Positions 1 to 12,747 of a stretch of DNA of 64,000 nt are shown one piece after another (the first letter of the stretch is position 1; every line of letters begins with the position of its first letter). The stretch lies in the NCBI RefSeq assembly GCF_027921745.1, contig NC_079239.1:2914001-2978000 (forward strand), written 5' to 3'. Made by a program: the position numbers and the translations under genes. The notes below the pieces were generated by a model that worked only from the letters and a program-made list of their open reading frames with translations, was not told where the DNA came from and did not search any database. This stretch comes from Schizosaccharomyces osmophilus. Lineage: Eukaryota.

Positions 1-984
1 ATTGGAATTTTCGACAACTCCAGCTGCCCAATTGGCAAGAAAAATACGAGCAGGATCATATTCCTCGGTAAGCTTTTGAAGACGTTTGGATTCAAACAAA
101 ACCTGGACTTCTCGTGGGAAATGCGGAAGCAATGATTTCGTTACTTTATGATCCATCAGTTTATCCACTTCAGTTTTTCCATAATTCGTGACTCGACTAA
201 ATCGTTCTAGGACAGTAAACGATAAATCTTGAAAAGCACGACGGAAGGGATTTAAAAAGGATTGCGATTTTTTTGGAGAAAAAAAGGAATCATTAGAACA
301 TTCTTTCGATGGTGCGCTTAGATGAGTTAAGCCGTGGGATTGAAACGCAAGCGTATCTTCGGGAGTCGGATTCACAAGATACAGCTGTGGTTCATGTGTC
401 GAGTGTTCCAAGCTGATGTATTTTTTCAAGTGCATAATGAGATGTGTACCTCCCCAAAAGATGTCGCCAGCTTCATCGAAGGGATCAAAGTGATCTTTGG
501 CGATGCGCCGACTATACTCAATAGTGCTGGAACACTCATCATCATGGAAAAATAAAGGTGGTAAACTTTCACCACTGTTTCGTAAATTGATGACAACGCT
601 TCCATAATTCCAACCATATTTAGGAGGACGAAATAGTATAGAATAAATACTGTTTAAACGAACTGAAAACGAATAATCCAAATGTTCAGGAATTTCCACC
701 AATTGTCTTAAGTCGCTTTCGGCAGACGCTTCAGCTGTTTGAAACACGTTCAAATCTCTTGGATGTGATTTTAAAAAAAAATCTGGGACCCAGGAAAGCA
801 GGATATCATTACCGGTCAATGGAGTTCCATGATTTGTTTTTGTTTTCGAGAGAGACAAATATCCAGATATATTATCTTTGATTTTTGTGGTAGGATGAAT
901 GCAAACTTTGCTTTTAGAAAATAAGAGTGCAACTCTTGATTTATCAATTCGAATGTCGACCGTGTCGTCTTCAACCTCTGCCAT
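1..984 (-). CDS. gyp7: Rab GTPase-activating protein Gyp7 (TBC1D15 family), 5' part; runs off the window edge
   Basis: Manual translation from ATG 984 gives MAEVEDDTVDIRIDKSRVALLFSKSKVCIHPT...SLPPLFFHDDEC...FDPFDEAGDIFWGG, and the same frame at the window edge reads EYDPARIFLANWA. These motifs are typical of the fungal Gyp7 N-terminus. Absent from the ORF track, consistent with no stop inside the window. Confidence 0.85.
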   Translation of the reverse strand, partial: MAEVEDDTVDIRIDKSRVALLFSKSKVCIHPTTKIKDNISGYLSLSKTKTNHGTPLTGNDILLSWVPDFFLKSHPRDLNVFQTAEASAESDLRQLVEIPEHLDYSFSVRLNSIYSILFRPPKYGWNYGSVVINLRNSGESLPPLFFHDDECSSTIEYSRRIAKDHFDPFDEAGDIFWGGTHLIMHLKKYISLEHSTHEPQLYLVNPTPEDTLAFQSHGLTHLSAPSKECSNDSFFSPKKSQSFLNPFRRAFQDLSFTVLERFSRVTNYGKTEVDKLMDHKVTKSLLPHFPREVQVLFESKRLQKLTEEYDPARIFLANWAAGVVENSN

Positions 985-1533
985 TTCTGGAATGTCCAAT
1001 TGTCCTGGTCCAGACATTTCAATTCCAACAGACAAGTACGTATAGAAGTTCAATTAAAATCTCGTACTAAAAGTGCGTTACAAGTTGCAGAGATTCATAG
1101 AAATGTAAATTTCTTGAGCTTAAATATGGTGACTGAGAGGTGTAGTAGATGTAGCAGTGGCACATAAAGTAATCGGAACTACTAAAGGAGAGCAAAGAAA
1201 ACTTTTTTACATCATTAAAATGAATAACCACTTTTCTTATATTTACTCAAATATATGAACGATGCAGGAGAGCAAAGATATAGCTTCTAGGGATGTTTTA
1301 ATGTTTTCATTTACATAGTCTTAGGCAGTTTCTTCATTCTTTTGTGCTTTAGTATAGTAAAATAATTCCAATCTAATTCTTTAATGTATAGGCGCGAGCA
1401 ATTTATGTCAATTCTTTTGCCGTAACTATTATTTGTTATGCTCAATTAGCAGAATCGATTAGGTGGAAATTTAAAATCATTGATATTTTATCCGAAATTC
1501 TCGCATATGCATCTATTTCTTGCTATTTCATTT

Positions 1534-2984
1534 CTACTCGTCAATAACGATGCTTTTCTCCATGTCTGAGAAATTTTGGAAGAATGCAGACAGCAGTTGA
1601 ACGGAGTATTCGAAATCCTTCGTTCCACACATTTCTCTGCATGAATGCATAGAGAGCATTGGGTTGCCAAGATCGAGTGTGGGAATACCGGTCATTGCGG
1701 CCAATTTGGGACCAATAGTACTACCACATGGGGAATCATTTCGAATCACAAAAACTTGAAAAGGAGCCTTTGACAATTGAGAAGCTCGTTTCATAATTGC
1801 CATCCCATGAGAGTTTGTCATATATCTCTGATTAGCGTTGATCTTGAGCACTGTTCCTTTGTTAAGCTCGGCAGAATTTGTAGACTCATATTTAGAAGCA
1901 TAATTGGGATGAATAGCATGCGCCATATCTGCGGAAACAAGGAAGCTAGATCTCATGCAGGTATAAAATTTCTCACTGCTTCCGGATAAGCGTTCGAGGA
2001 CCGAAAGAAGGAAGTTACTTTCGGCACCTTGGGCGGAAACAGAACCAATTTCCTCATGGTCAAAGGAAGCAACTACACGAATGCAGTCATCGTTTTCCAA
2101 AGAATTTTCCGAAAGAGAGCCAATCAAGGAACGAGAAGCACTGAATGTCATACCCTGGTTGTCCAAACGTGGAGAGAAAACAAACTCTTCATTAATACCT
2201 CCAAGGCGAGCTTTTTCATAATCTCCCAAGATTAATTCAAAGTCGACAATGCTTTTTGGTGATACATCCGAGCCAAGCTCACGAGCTATGAGTGAGAGTA
2301 AAGCTGGATGATGAGCTTCTTCATTGTCTTCAGATATTTCCTCCTTCGACAACTCATTTTCAAGGCCTAGGAGCGGCGTAAATTCTGTTTCCATGTTAAA
2401 GGAAAAGGATGCGTTTGCAGTACGATCCAAATGAATAGCCAATGTTGGAATTCGGACAAGGGGACGATCGATATGCACGTTATGTTGTACAATACGACCA
2501 TCTCTTTCTTGTACCATTACACGACCAGCCAAAGAAAGGTCTCGGTCGAACCAGCTATGCCAAATTCCACCACCATACTGTTCCACACCTACTTGCATGT
2601 ATCCATTCGCAGATTTTTTTGACTTGGGTTTCAAGCGTAAAGTAGGTGAATCTGTGTGAGTAGCAACAATGGAAAAACCATTACCTAACGGGTTAATGAA
2701 CCTTTCCTTGCAATAACCTTTTGTATTATCGTACCTGGTTTCCATTTTCCACCGACACTAAATGCAACAACACTAGATTGATTACGAATTACATAGTAAG
2801 ACTTTCCTGTTTCCAATAGGGAACCAAAATCCTGTTTCTCACTGAGGTAGTGAAACCCATGAGACTTATAGTACTCGGCCAAGTTTTTTGTAACATGATA
2901 AGGAGTGGGACAAGAATTTACAAATTTTAAAAACTCTAATGCTCTGCTTTTAGTTGCTGCAGTCATTTTTCCGTATAATTGCAT
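1534..2984 (-). CDS. aap1: Aspartyl aminopeptidase (M18 family), 2 exons
   Basis: Exon 1 2984-2735 (MQLYGKMTAATK...SCPTPYH...KWKPG); intron 2734-2685 (GTACGA...TTAAC...TAG); exon 2 has HTDSP, RLDN, DHEEIGS, SADMAH and MHSCRE motifs. Confidence 0.93.
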
Positions 2985-3549
2985 TGACTTCAAGGATGCT
3001 CGGTTTGGAAGAGGTTAAGTAAACAGCATCGAAGAAAATACTTATTTTAAATTATTTTTCAGCAAAATTATATAATGGCAAATTCATTGAGGATGGATAT
3101 TATCATTATGAAAAAATATGCAAAGGTTTCGAATGTTGCATAATACGTATTAATGCTTTAGCAAGAAGGAAATCTTCAGAAGCAGCTAGCAAGAAGAAAA
3201 ATAAATAATTAAGAATAAAGAAACGATAATCCAAAAAGTAATGTATCTTCTTAATTTTCCTCGGCGATATATGTACTATAGCAAGTGAATACTGAATCCT
3301 ATCCTCATTTACCACATTTCCTTCATACCATAAAGCTTGAAAGATATACAAGAAGTTTAACAATTAATTAATTGAAAGAAAAAAACATATAAGATAGTCA
3401 TCACATGGTAATCATAAACCTAGCCGATTGTAGCTTTCTTTTAAGACCTTCAAAACAACTATCCAGTAACTTGATTCGGTCATTTTCCATCGAACTCAGC
3501 AGTTAACAGTAATTGATAAAAGTATTATAGATTTGAACCTCCAACTTCC

Positions 3550-6500
3550 TTATTGAACGGAAGGGCTGACCTCCGAAATCTTTCCATCAACAGCACGCAA
3601 AACAATGCCAAGCCGTCTTTGAAAGACAGGTGAAAAATTGCTAGACTGCTTAATCAAAGTTTCCTTTGCAAGTGCAAGAACAGGGTGAATGACTGTCTCA
3701 ATCTTGGGATCATGCACATCAATGCTTAGACAAATTTTGGCGATGTATTCCAAACGCTTAGACAAAAGCTCGTCTTCATAGATGTCACATAATGCAGTAT
3801 GATAAGCAAATGTAAGTAAAAGAAGACTACTACAGTTCTCTACTATTGACTCAGTTGGTAAGGTGCAAATCACCTTAAAGTTCTCAATGGAGGGAGACGT
3901 GCACCACTAATATTGATGTTAGTAAAATTGAACTTCGACAATATCAAAAAACGTACCTCTGATAATGCTTCGCGAACTGAACCTTGTTCTACTAATTCTG
4001 AAATCCTTGTGCTCTCTGCTGCTTCCTGTTTGCTACCAGGTGAAGCCGCACCAATTTCGGCGTCGGATATTTCCGGCTGAGCTGTTTCTTTTGCTACGTC
4101 AGCCGAAAGAGGGACTTCTTCATTGATATCTGGCTGTGTCTCTTCTCCTAATTCTTGACTTCCTCCTTCCTTGGAGTCCCTCATTTCCAAAACCTCGACC
4201 TTGGCTATTAACGAATTCACGCAGCCCTCCAGACTCTTGATATGGTTGGTTAGCTCGTTAAATTGTCCATCGGATTCGCTTTGTGACTTAATCACATTAT
4301 TCGTGAGATCTTGTATATCCGAAAGGGTGTCCTTGTGTTGCTCAAAATCAGAACGCATTTGCTGATCATAATTTTTTATTTTTGTTTCTAATGCATCTTG
4401 CAAGGTAACAAAATGATCTTTCATGGCCTTTTCAACAAATTCGTGGATTTCCCCTGTAATGGCATTCTTGATTGCTTGGTCTACAACGGATTCCAGTATT
4501 TTTCCAGTATTTTCAGTGAGAGTACTGGAAACAGCAGATAACACAGCATTGAAATGCTTTTCCTGAGTTGTTTTGTAGTTTACAATCAACTGTTTCAATC
4601 CTTCATCTAAATAGGGTTAGCAAAAGTAAAATAAATAAATAATAAATTCAAAACTTACAGTTCTTTTGAACATTTTTGTCTAAAGTGCCGAGGGCACCAA
4701 AAACAATATTTTCAATCATAGAAGCATCAGCATATCCACTTGAAGATAAAGAAGATCCAGATTGAGAAGGCAAACCTTTATGCTTTGTCTCATGTCTTTC
4801 ACCTTTGTCCTTTCTTCTTTTAGAAAAAACAGATGTTTGGGATCTTGGCGTACTTACACCGGACGCTGACTGAGAGGGAGATATTGAAGGTCGGTCTCCA
4901 GTAACCACACCGCCGACATCAGCTTCCCAGTTCTTTTTGCTTTCTAGTAAAGCCAAATGCTCAGCCTTTCTTTCAAGTTTGAATACTGGTAGGGTATAGT
5001 ATTCGTATCCTTTAGTGGTACTAACAACAATGCAATACTTTTCAGAATCATTGAGTAACTTACAACAAGTAAAGCTGACACAAGAGGCGTCATTGAACTT
5101 CTTGGCAGCTACGTACGAAAACTTTGCGTCGGCATTGACTGCTTGGCTGCTGTTCACAGATGCCGAAATCAAGTCATAAGTAGAAGAAAAGTCGTTGGCA
5201 TCCGAAACCGACTCTTCCTTACAGAAAAGGAAGAAAAAGATTGTGTTGGAAGGGGGGTTACCAACCAGTAGTGTTTTACGGTCATGATCAACCGATAATT
5301 GTGAAAAGGAAGTAGTGGTCACTGGAGTGGAAGGACTGCTGAACCGGAATTTTTGTATAACTTTCTTTGCGTGGGTGTCAAAGACAGTAATGAGTTGGTT
5401 CAAAACGTAGACCACTATTAAATAGCGACTATTACTAGTGCCAGGAGTAGAGATGAATCGTAAATTAATTGGCTTTTCTAACACCTTAGAATTACCTCGT
5501 TCCGTTCTTGTTGTAAAGGTAGCAATAGGAGAAATTTCTGATGGCTTTGGTCGATCTTCAATAGTAGAGGGGAACGTATAAGGAACAGAATATATCTTTA
5601 TGAGTGCATCTTTGTCAACCGTGGCGAAAACGGTACCATCAGCGGAGAAGTCGTATTCTTTGGCGCTAATACCCGTGTCAATGAGAAAGCAGGGTAATTG
5701 CTGAATAACGCCAATGGATCTGGAAATTGGGAAAGGAATGTTTTGGCATAGATCCAAGTCAAAAAAAATAATGTGTTTGCTAAGGGCAACGGCAAAAAAC
5801 CGAGAGGAATTGGGGTACCAGTGGAATCGGGACTTGATGGGATCGGACAGTGACTGAGCACCGGATAGCTGAAATATTATTTTGAAAGAAGCAGTAGCCA
5901 TGTCTATAGAATAGATGATGACTTGCCCGGTGGTATCGATAACCATCAAGTGATTGGTGATGTTTGGATCATCGCCCCAAACGACAGAAACGAATTTATG
6001 GGGGGAATTGTTGTGCAATAAGAAAGATTTTCCAGTAGAAATTTCTATGACACGGACCATAGGTTCGTTGGTTAAGGAGTAAGCGATGTAGTCTTTGTTT
6101 GTATGAATGAGTTGATTGTCTTGGGCATCCAAATCACGTTCCACCATAGCGATGTCGAAACGGCCATCCGAAGGGAAAGGAGTGGTTCGAAAAGAATCAG
6201 GGTTGATTGTGGTTTCCCAGACAAAATCACCGGAACCGGGGTTATCGATGTGAAAGAGAACATCGCCTTCGTCGCTCGGTACTTCGCAGGATGGTGCAGA
6301 AGTGCTAGAATCTTTATCTAGCCTGGAAGAGGAAACGGCATCAGAAGAAGAAAAAATAGAAGATGAGTTGCTGGGATCCTTTTGATCCGATGGCTCGGAA
6401 GGAGCGTTCCAGCTAGTTTGGGACTCGAAGGCATCTCTTGGCGGAAGAAAGGGGCCAGACGAGTTGGCCTTAGTGGAATTGGTGGCACGGTCTGTGGAAG

Positions 6501-7092
6501 AGAGCAACATGCGTTCCAAATCCGAAGCTGACAAGGCGGTTTCCGGATTGTGAGGAGGGCTTGAAGGTTTGCCAAAAAATGAGCGTTGAATATCAAACGT
6601 TGTGTCGCTAGGAGTATGGGAGAGTGGAATTGATTGGGCTTGGACAGGCTGGCTACTTTCAGGTTTCTTGTTGTTACCTTCACGTAAAGCCTGAAGAAGA
6701 GCATCAGCATTTCGCGAGTTAGGCATATTTGGGGAAGAAGCAGAAGGGGAAGGAGAAGAAGAGGGTTGAAGTTGAGGTTGAGGTTGAACACTATCAGCTC
6801 CAAAATTGAATAGATTTAGTAACTTCGGTCTCTGGTCTTCTTGCTCCTGTTGTTGTCCACTAACGGCGTTGGTCATAAAGTTGAAGTTGGAATTGGTGTT
6901 GGCGTTGGTGTTCGAGTAATTGCCAGAGGAAACAAAATTTGCTCCATAAGAATGAGGAGGACTAGAAGAAGCGTGTGTTACTCTAGAGGGAGCGGCAGCA
7001 GGTGATTCATTTCGAGACGATGGCGAGGAGATGTTTGAGGTACCCAAATTCAAGTTTTTTTGTAAAATTCTGAACATATCCTGGTCGTTCAT
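3550..7092 (-). CDS. pdc1: mRNA decapping scaffold / P-body protein Pdc1 (Ge-1/EDC4-like): low-complexity N-terminus, WD40 region, coiled coil; 3 exons
   Basis: Three ORFs join in frame through introns 4658-4607 (GTAAGT/CTAAC/TAG) and 3956-3907 (GTACGT/CTAAC/TAG). Domain order and position next to erg4 fit pdc1. Confidence 0.82.
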
Positions 7093-8817
7093 GATGAAAG
7101 AGCACAGAGTGCAGCTTTCGTTTTTCCTAACGAAAAAGAGGTACTACGTTGTTTCGGTTCTTTTTTTTTTTTTGTTTGTTACAAAAAATAAGAGAGGAAC
7201 AAAAGAATTATTTCAATGGCAATTCTTCAATCCTGTAAATAAAGTAATGTCTTTCTGCCCAATGTTACCAACAAAAAGGATACGGTAAAAGGTAGAAGAA
7301 ACTTAGGTCAATTTTCCTTCGCAAATTTAGTAAGATCGTCACTTCACACTCTTTGCTGTAGTAACAAAGATGAACACACCACCAAACACCCACACCAAGG
7401 AAAAAGTAAATTCCTATACATGCAAAAAGGAAAATAAAATTGAATAAATTATTACGAAAAAAAGAAAAAGTCAGATCTGAAATTGAAACATTATGTAAAG
7501 AGGTAAACCAAGGGAATCCCTTGATCGTACTAATGATTTGCACGATTGATCTTATGAAGAAACGAAATTGAAAGATGAAAGGGAAACAAAGAACCAAGAA
7601 AGAAGGAAATTTCCGTAGGATAAAAATACAAATAAAACAAAAACATAAGATACTTGAGAGATGTTTGGTAACTTGAAAGGCTGAAAAGAAGGAAATTTTA
7701 ATGGATTGAATGCATCGTTTGAAACCTAACAACGATCAAGCCCACCGGACCCAGTGGATCTAATAGTTCCAGTGGACCCGCTGGACATTGTCAAAATCTT
7801 TTCATAATATATCTTTAATAACCTGCGTTGTGTCTTGGCTTGCTTTACCTTGTCTGGTGTTGTCTAGTCTTGCCTTGTCAGCTCCGTTGGAGAGCTCGTT
7901 CGTCCAAAATTGTGTGTCCTGTTCATCCGCGAAGGAACCCCATCGAAAAGGACGCACAGATAACCATAGCCCTTTATAGTCCTCTACTGTCTTTTGCTAT
8001 TTGGTCCCATTGGCTTCTTTAGGAAACGGCGTTTGGGGTCCAACTGCCAAAAGTCCGAATCCTATTTTCTCGCTGATTTTCACATTAGCTGGCCTGTATA
8101 GGCAAAGAACACCAAGATGCATCTGTAGAGTTGTGTGAATACTTTCGAGTAATCTCAGCAATGCTGTTGGTTTTCTCTTTTATGAGGAAGCCATGCTATG
8201 CACTTTATGCTAGGATGCTTGCTGATGTTTGACATGAAGACGCGGCAAGATTGGACCAATCCAGCAAGAAGAAAAGAACAGGTTACCAACAGGTTTGGTT
8301 TGATACCATGAACAAGGTAAAAGAAATGGAAGGAAAGGAAAAGAATGTACACAATGTGAAAAAAACCAAAAACCAGAAAATATTCCATAGACTTGGCGAA
8401 ATGAAAAAGGTAATGCCAGACTCTACATCCTTTTCGACTTCTTTCCTCTTTAGTTCTTTTCCCACACAGATGGCTTTGCTTTTGCTTTTGTTTTTGCCAT
8501 TGCCCTTGTTTGTTTGTTTAGAAACTTCAAGATAGCAATTTTAAAGGATTTATCACAGTGCGTTGCAACACGTTTATAGGACCGCTTAGCGTATCTGTAC
8601 TATGAACCCCATTCACATGGTATGAGCAAACAAGAACCCGATACAAGTGTTCGTCGTCGGTTCTCCTATACACTCTGCTGACATCCTTGTACGACAATAT
8701 CTATTCTTTTTCCGGCTCTTTCCTTTTGTCGTGACGTTTTCCGTTGTTCACACATAGCTGTTTTCTTTTTTCCTCGACTTTAACCTCGAACGGTTGAATC
8801 GCACCATTTTTTCCAAT

Positions 8818-10297
8818 ATGAAACCAAATGCTGCTTCCACCGAACGCCCTTCTCGCGAGTTTGGAGGTGCCAAGGGTGTCGTGGCCATGATGACTGGCTT
8901 TCCTTCGATTATGTATTATTTATGGGCAAGTGCAAAGTACAACGATGGTCAATTTCTTCAACCTACCTCTTACACACTTAGCGGTGTTTGCGAGTTTTTC
9001 CGTACTTTTGGCAACTACATTGCTATTGGCGCCTATCCCAGCAAATATGCCGTTGCTATTTTTTGGACGTATGTCATTACCCAAGGCATCTTTTACGTGA
9101 CGCTTCCCGGTATCCGCACTCGCGGTCTTCCTTTAAAACATCGAAACAATACTTCTCTCCCGTATCTATGTAATGCTGTCTGGTCTTTCTATACTTCCAT
9201 GATCGTCTTGGCTGTCCTTCATGTCTCCAACGTCTTTCGCATCACGACTCTCTTGGACCAATTTGGCCCTCTTATGAGTGTCGCCATCATCAGTTCCTTC
9301 ATCATTACCTTTGTCCTCTACGTTGGCTCTGTTTTGTTTGGTGAGAAGCTCTTTGACAAACCACATGCTTTGTCTGGAAACCTCATATACGATTATTTTA
9401 TGGGTGCTAGCCTTAATCCTCGTGTTGGTAAGCTCTTGGACTTGAAGATGTTTTTCGAGGTTCGCATTCCTTGGTTCATCCTTTTCTTCCTTTCCGTCGC
9501 TGCTGCTGTTCGTCAATTTGAAAACTACGGCTATGTTAGTCCCCAAGTTCTTTTTGTTTGTCTTGCCCATTACTTGTATGCCAACGGCTGCGCCAAGGGT
9601 GAAGAGCTCATCGTTCCTACTTGGGACATGGCCTATGAGAAATTCGGTTTCATGCTCGTTTTCTGGAATATGGCTGGTAAGTTTTTCCCTACAGTTTTTT
9701 CTTTTCTTTCTATTTACTAATCAATGTTTCATAGGCGTTCCCTTTACTTATAGTCACTGTACTCTCTTTTTGTCTGCCCGTAATCCCAAGCAATACGAAT
9801 GGTCTTCCTCATACAACATTGCCCTTTATGCTTTGTTGATTTGCTGCTACTATGTGTTTGATACTTGCAACAGCCAAAAGAACCGTTTCCGTAACCAAAT
9901 TTACGGTTTGACAACCACTCGCAAATCGTTTCCACAACTCCCTTGGCAGACCATCAAAAACCCCACCTTCATCCGTTGTGCAAATGGTGGTACTCTATTA
10001 ACCTCCGGCTGGTATCGTTATGCTCGTAAAATCCATTATACCGTTGACTTTTTCCAGTCGCTTTCTTGGGCTTTAATTACCGGGTTTTCTTCACCCCTTC
10101 CTTACTTTTACCCTTGTTTCTTTATGATTGTTTTGATTCATCGCGTTAGCCGCGACATAAACAAGTGTAAAGCCAAGTATGGTGCTGATTTTGATGAATA
10201 CTGCCGTATTTGCCCTTATCTTTTCATTCCCGTATGTCACTGTGATCATTTTCTTTCGACTCTTCGTTTGCTAACCCATGTCTAGTACGTGTTTTAA
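8818..10297 (+). CDS. erg4: C-24(28) sterol reductase (ERG4/ERG24 family), 3 exons
   Basis: Motifs [59 protein letters not shown]. Introns 9677-9734 and 10232-10285; last exon encodes YVF*. Also called sts1. Confidence 0.95.
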
Positions 10298-10882
10298 GAA
10301 AACATCTTTTACGCATGATTTTTGGTTCCGTTTATTCGCATTCTGCTGCTTATATTGACCTACCGACTTTCGTATTTACGCCCACCATATTCTACTCAAG
10401 CGCCGTGTTTGTCAAAATGAATGGTGGAGTGTTGTAAAAGTTTTACAATAATCAGCTATGAACGATAATCATTGAAAATATTCTTTTTCTTTTGACGTAG
10501 CAAGACACTACTAATTGTAATATTTCCCTTTTGTTGTAACCAAATACTTGTGTGAAAGATTGCAATCTTCCTTTCGAAAGTTTAGGAACCGGTTTTTTGA
10601 AACTGTAGACAAAAGGATATCAAAATATGTCAATCTCTCATTTTATATCCAGTATTCAATTCCATCTTTCATTTTTTTTTTGTTATTATTAGATACTCTT
10701 TTCGATAATATTACTCTCGGGACTAAGAATGATTCAACTATTCGAGCGGTGGCTTACTTCAACAATTCACGAATGTACTACCCTTACCCCGGATGAGTAT
10801 CTAAAGATTGAAGGGTGCAGTCATCTCCCAACCAGTGCCAACCACTTTAAACAACGAAATAAAAATATATTTATAATACAAG

Positions 10883-11505
10883 ATGGTATGGAAGGCAAAA
10901 TATGATCGAGTATGAATTCTAACGTATGAAAACAGTCTTTCTCGGGTGTTAAAGTTGCTCCAGAATGTTTGGAAGCCTTCCAAGAGCTCAAGTTGGGCAA
11001 GAACCTTCGTTATATTGTTTTCAAGATGAATGACACTAAGAGTAAGTTTTTTAAGAAACTGGTTGCTTTTGGAGCATGTGCCGCTTCGGAGCGCGGTTTC
11101 TTATGAGAGGGAAATGATTCCAGTGCAATTCCGTAGGCATTGCACATGTGCAACCGTTTACGATAACTGCTATAAGGGATTGGAACTGACCTAGTTTTAG
11201 CCGAAATTATTGTTGACAAAAAGAGCACCGATAAGGACTTTGACACTTTCCTTGGTGAATTGCCCGAACAAGACTGCCGCTATGCCGTCTACGACTTCGA
11301 GTACAACTTGGGTGAAGGTCTTCGTAATAAGATTGTTTTCATCAGTTGGTCTCCTGATGTCTCTCCCATCAAGTCCAAGATGGTTTACTCTTCCTCCAAG
11401 GATACTCTCCGTCGTGCCTTTACTGGTATCACCACCGATATTCAAGGCACTGATTTCTCTGAGGTTTCTCATGAAGCAGTCATGGAAAAGGTTACTCGTA
11501 AGTAA
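10883..11505 (+). CDS. adf1: ADF/cofilin, 3 exons (first coding exon is ATG only)
   Basis: ATG 10883-10885; intron 10886-10935; exon [22 protein letters not shown]...; intron 11042-11200; exon ...[10 protein letters not shown]...[20 protein letters not shown]...VTRK*. Confidence 0.96.
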
Positions 11506-11866
11506 GTTCTTTTTTTTAACTACTTTTTTTTCCACTTTTTGGCTATCCTTTTTTTTTTGCTTCCTCAGTGCCTTTAGTTGCATGAGTACCTTTCCATTTT
11601 GTTTATATATGCCTCCCAAATATTTGACGCTCCTTGAATGACTTTTACGTTGTAGAAATCGTTATCATGTCACGAATTGACGTTGCAAGCTTGGTTCTTT
11701 TGACTTGCTTTCATGTCTTTTTCCCTTTTTGTGAAAAAGTCTCGACTGAGGCTTATTCTTTCAATAATATCGTAGTTTACCTCCCTTTACCAATCTCCGT
11801 GGGTAATACTCGTGTCTTGTTATTGTTGTAAGATCATGCCATTGATGTCAGAGACAGAAAGCTATT

Positions 11867-12267
11867 TTATTTTCTCCCGCGTTTACTGTTTGAGTTTGAA
11901 AGAAAATAGCCGAATATTGTGCAACCAACTAGTACTCGATTAATGTAATGAAAAGAAAGTTTAGCCATTTATTGAAATTCTTCCAAGCCTGTTTCTATTC
12001 TCGTATGCGTTTCTTCCAGAAATTGTTTCTTTTCGAACGCATAATATGTTTTCTGTTAATTTTTACTCACCGAAAGCATTGATTTTTGGCACAACTGTCA
12101 GTAGTAAGCATAGAGATGAGAGTAAGGTAAACATTTCCTTTTTAAGGGCATTTTTATAGAGTACCAATGGGATGATACAATGTTTACTAATGAGTTAGAG
12201 TAGATTACTTTATAGCGCTTTAACGAAATGACGGTATATAGCTGTTTGTGCATAATACTTACACCAT
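11867..12267 (-). CDS. Candidate spliced 60-aa hydrophobic microprotein (hypothetical)
   Basis: ATG 12267; canonical intron 12262-12187 (GTAAGT...CTAAC...TAG); open exon; second donor GTGAGT at 12070 with possible acceptor at 11929. No homology recognised. Confidence 0.3.
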
Positions 12268-12747
12268 ACTTGGAAGAAAACGAAGACGTGAGAGATGGCA
12301 AAAAATGAATGCTTTACGTTGATATTTATTTTTGAGAAGTTTCTAATCTTTATTAAATAAATTACAACTTTCGTCTTTGTGGTTTTGCTTTGGAACTTCC
12401 TTTTCTCTATTTACTGCTTGGTAAAGTCGAGTAATATAGTAATAATCATTTGTATTTTGTCATTGGTTCATAGAGTGAACTTGTTTTGTAACTGATTGAA
12501 CTACCTCTTTTTCCATTTACTCCTACCGGTTTTTTTTTTTCTTTGGCAGAGTATCAGTTCATCTTAGGAAGTTCAATTTAAGTCTATTCAAAGGATTTTG
12601 AATAGAACTGTTTTATACTGTATTATCTAGATTTCGTCCCAAGGGATTTTTGGAATTGGAAGTAATCATTAAGTACTAAGCAGTGAAAGAAGGAAAAAAT
12701 AAAACTAGCAAAACAAAACAAGTGGCTTGTTTAGATATCCTACTGGC

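Noticed and set aside
7265..8535. Several 60-155 aa ORFs in the pdc1-erg4 intergenic region
   Set aside because: Low-complexity F/K-rich translations of A/T tracts, mostly with non-ATG starts.
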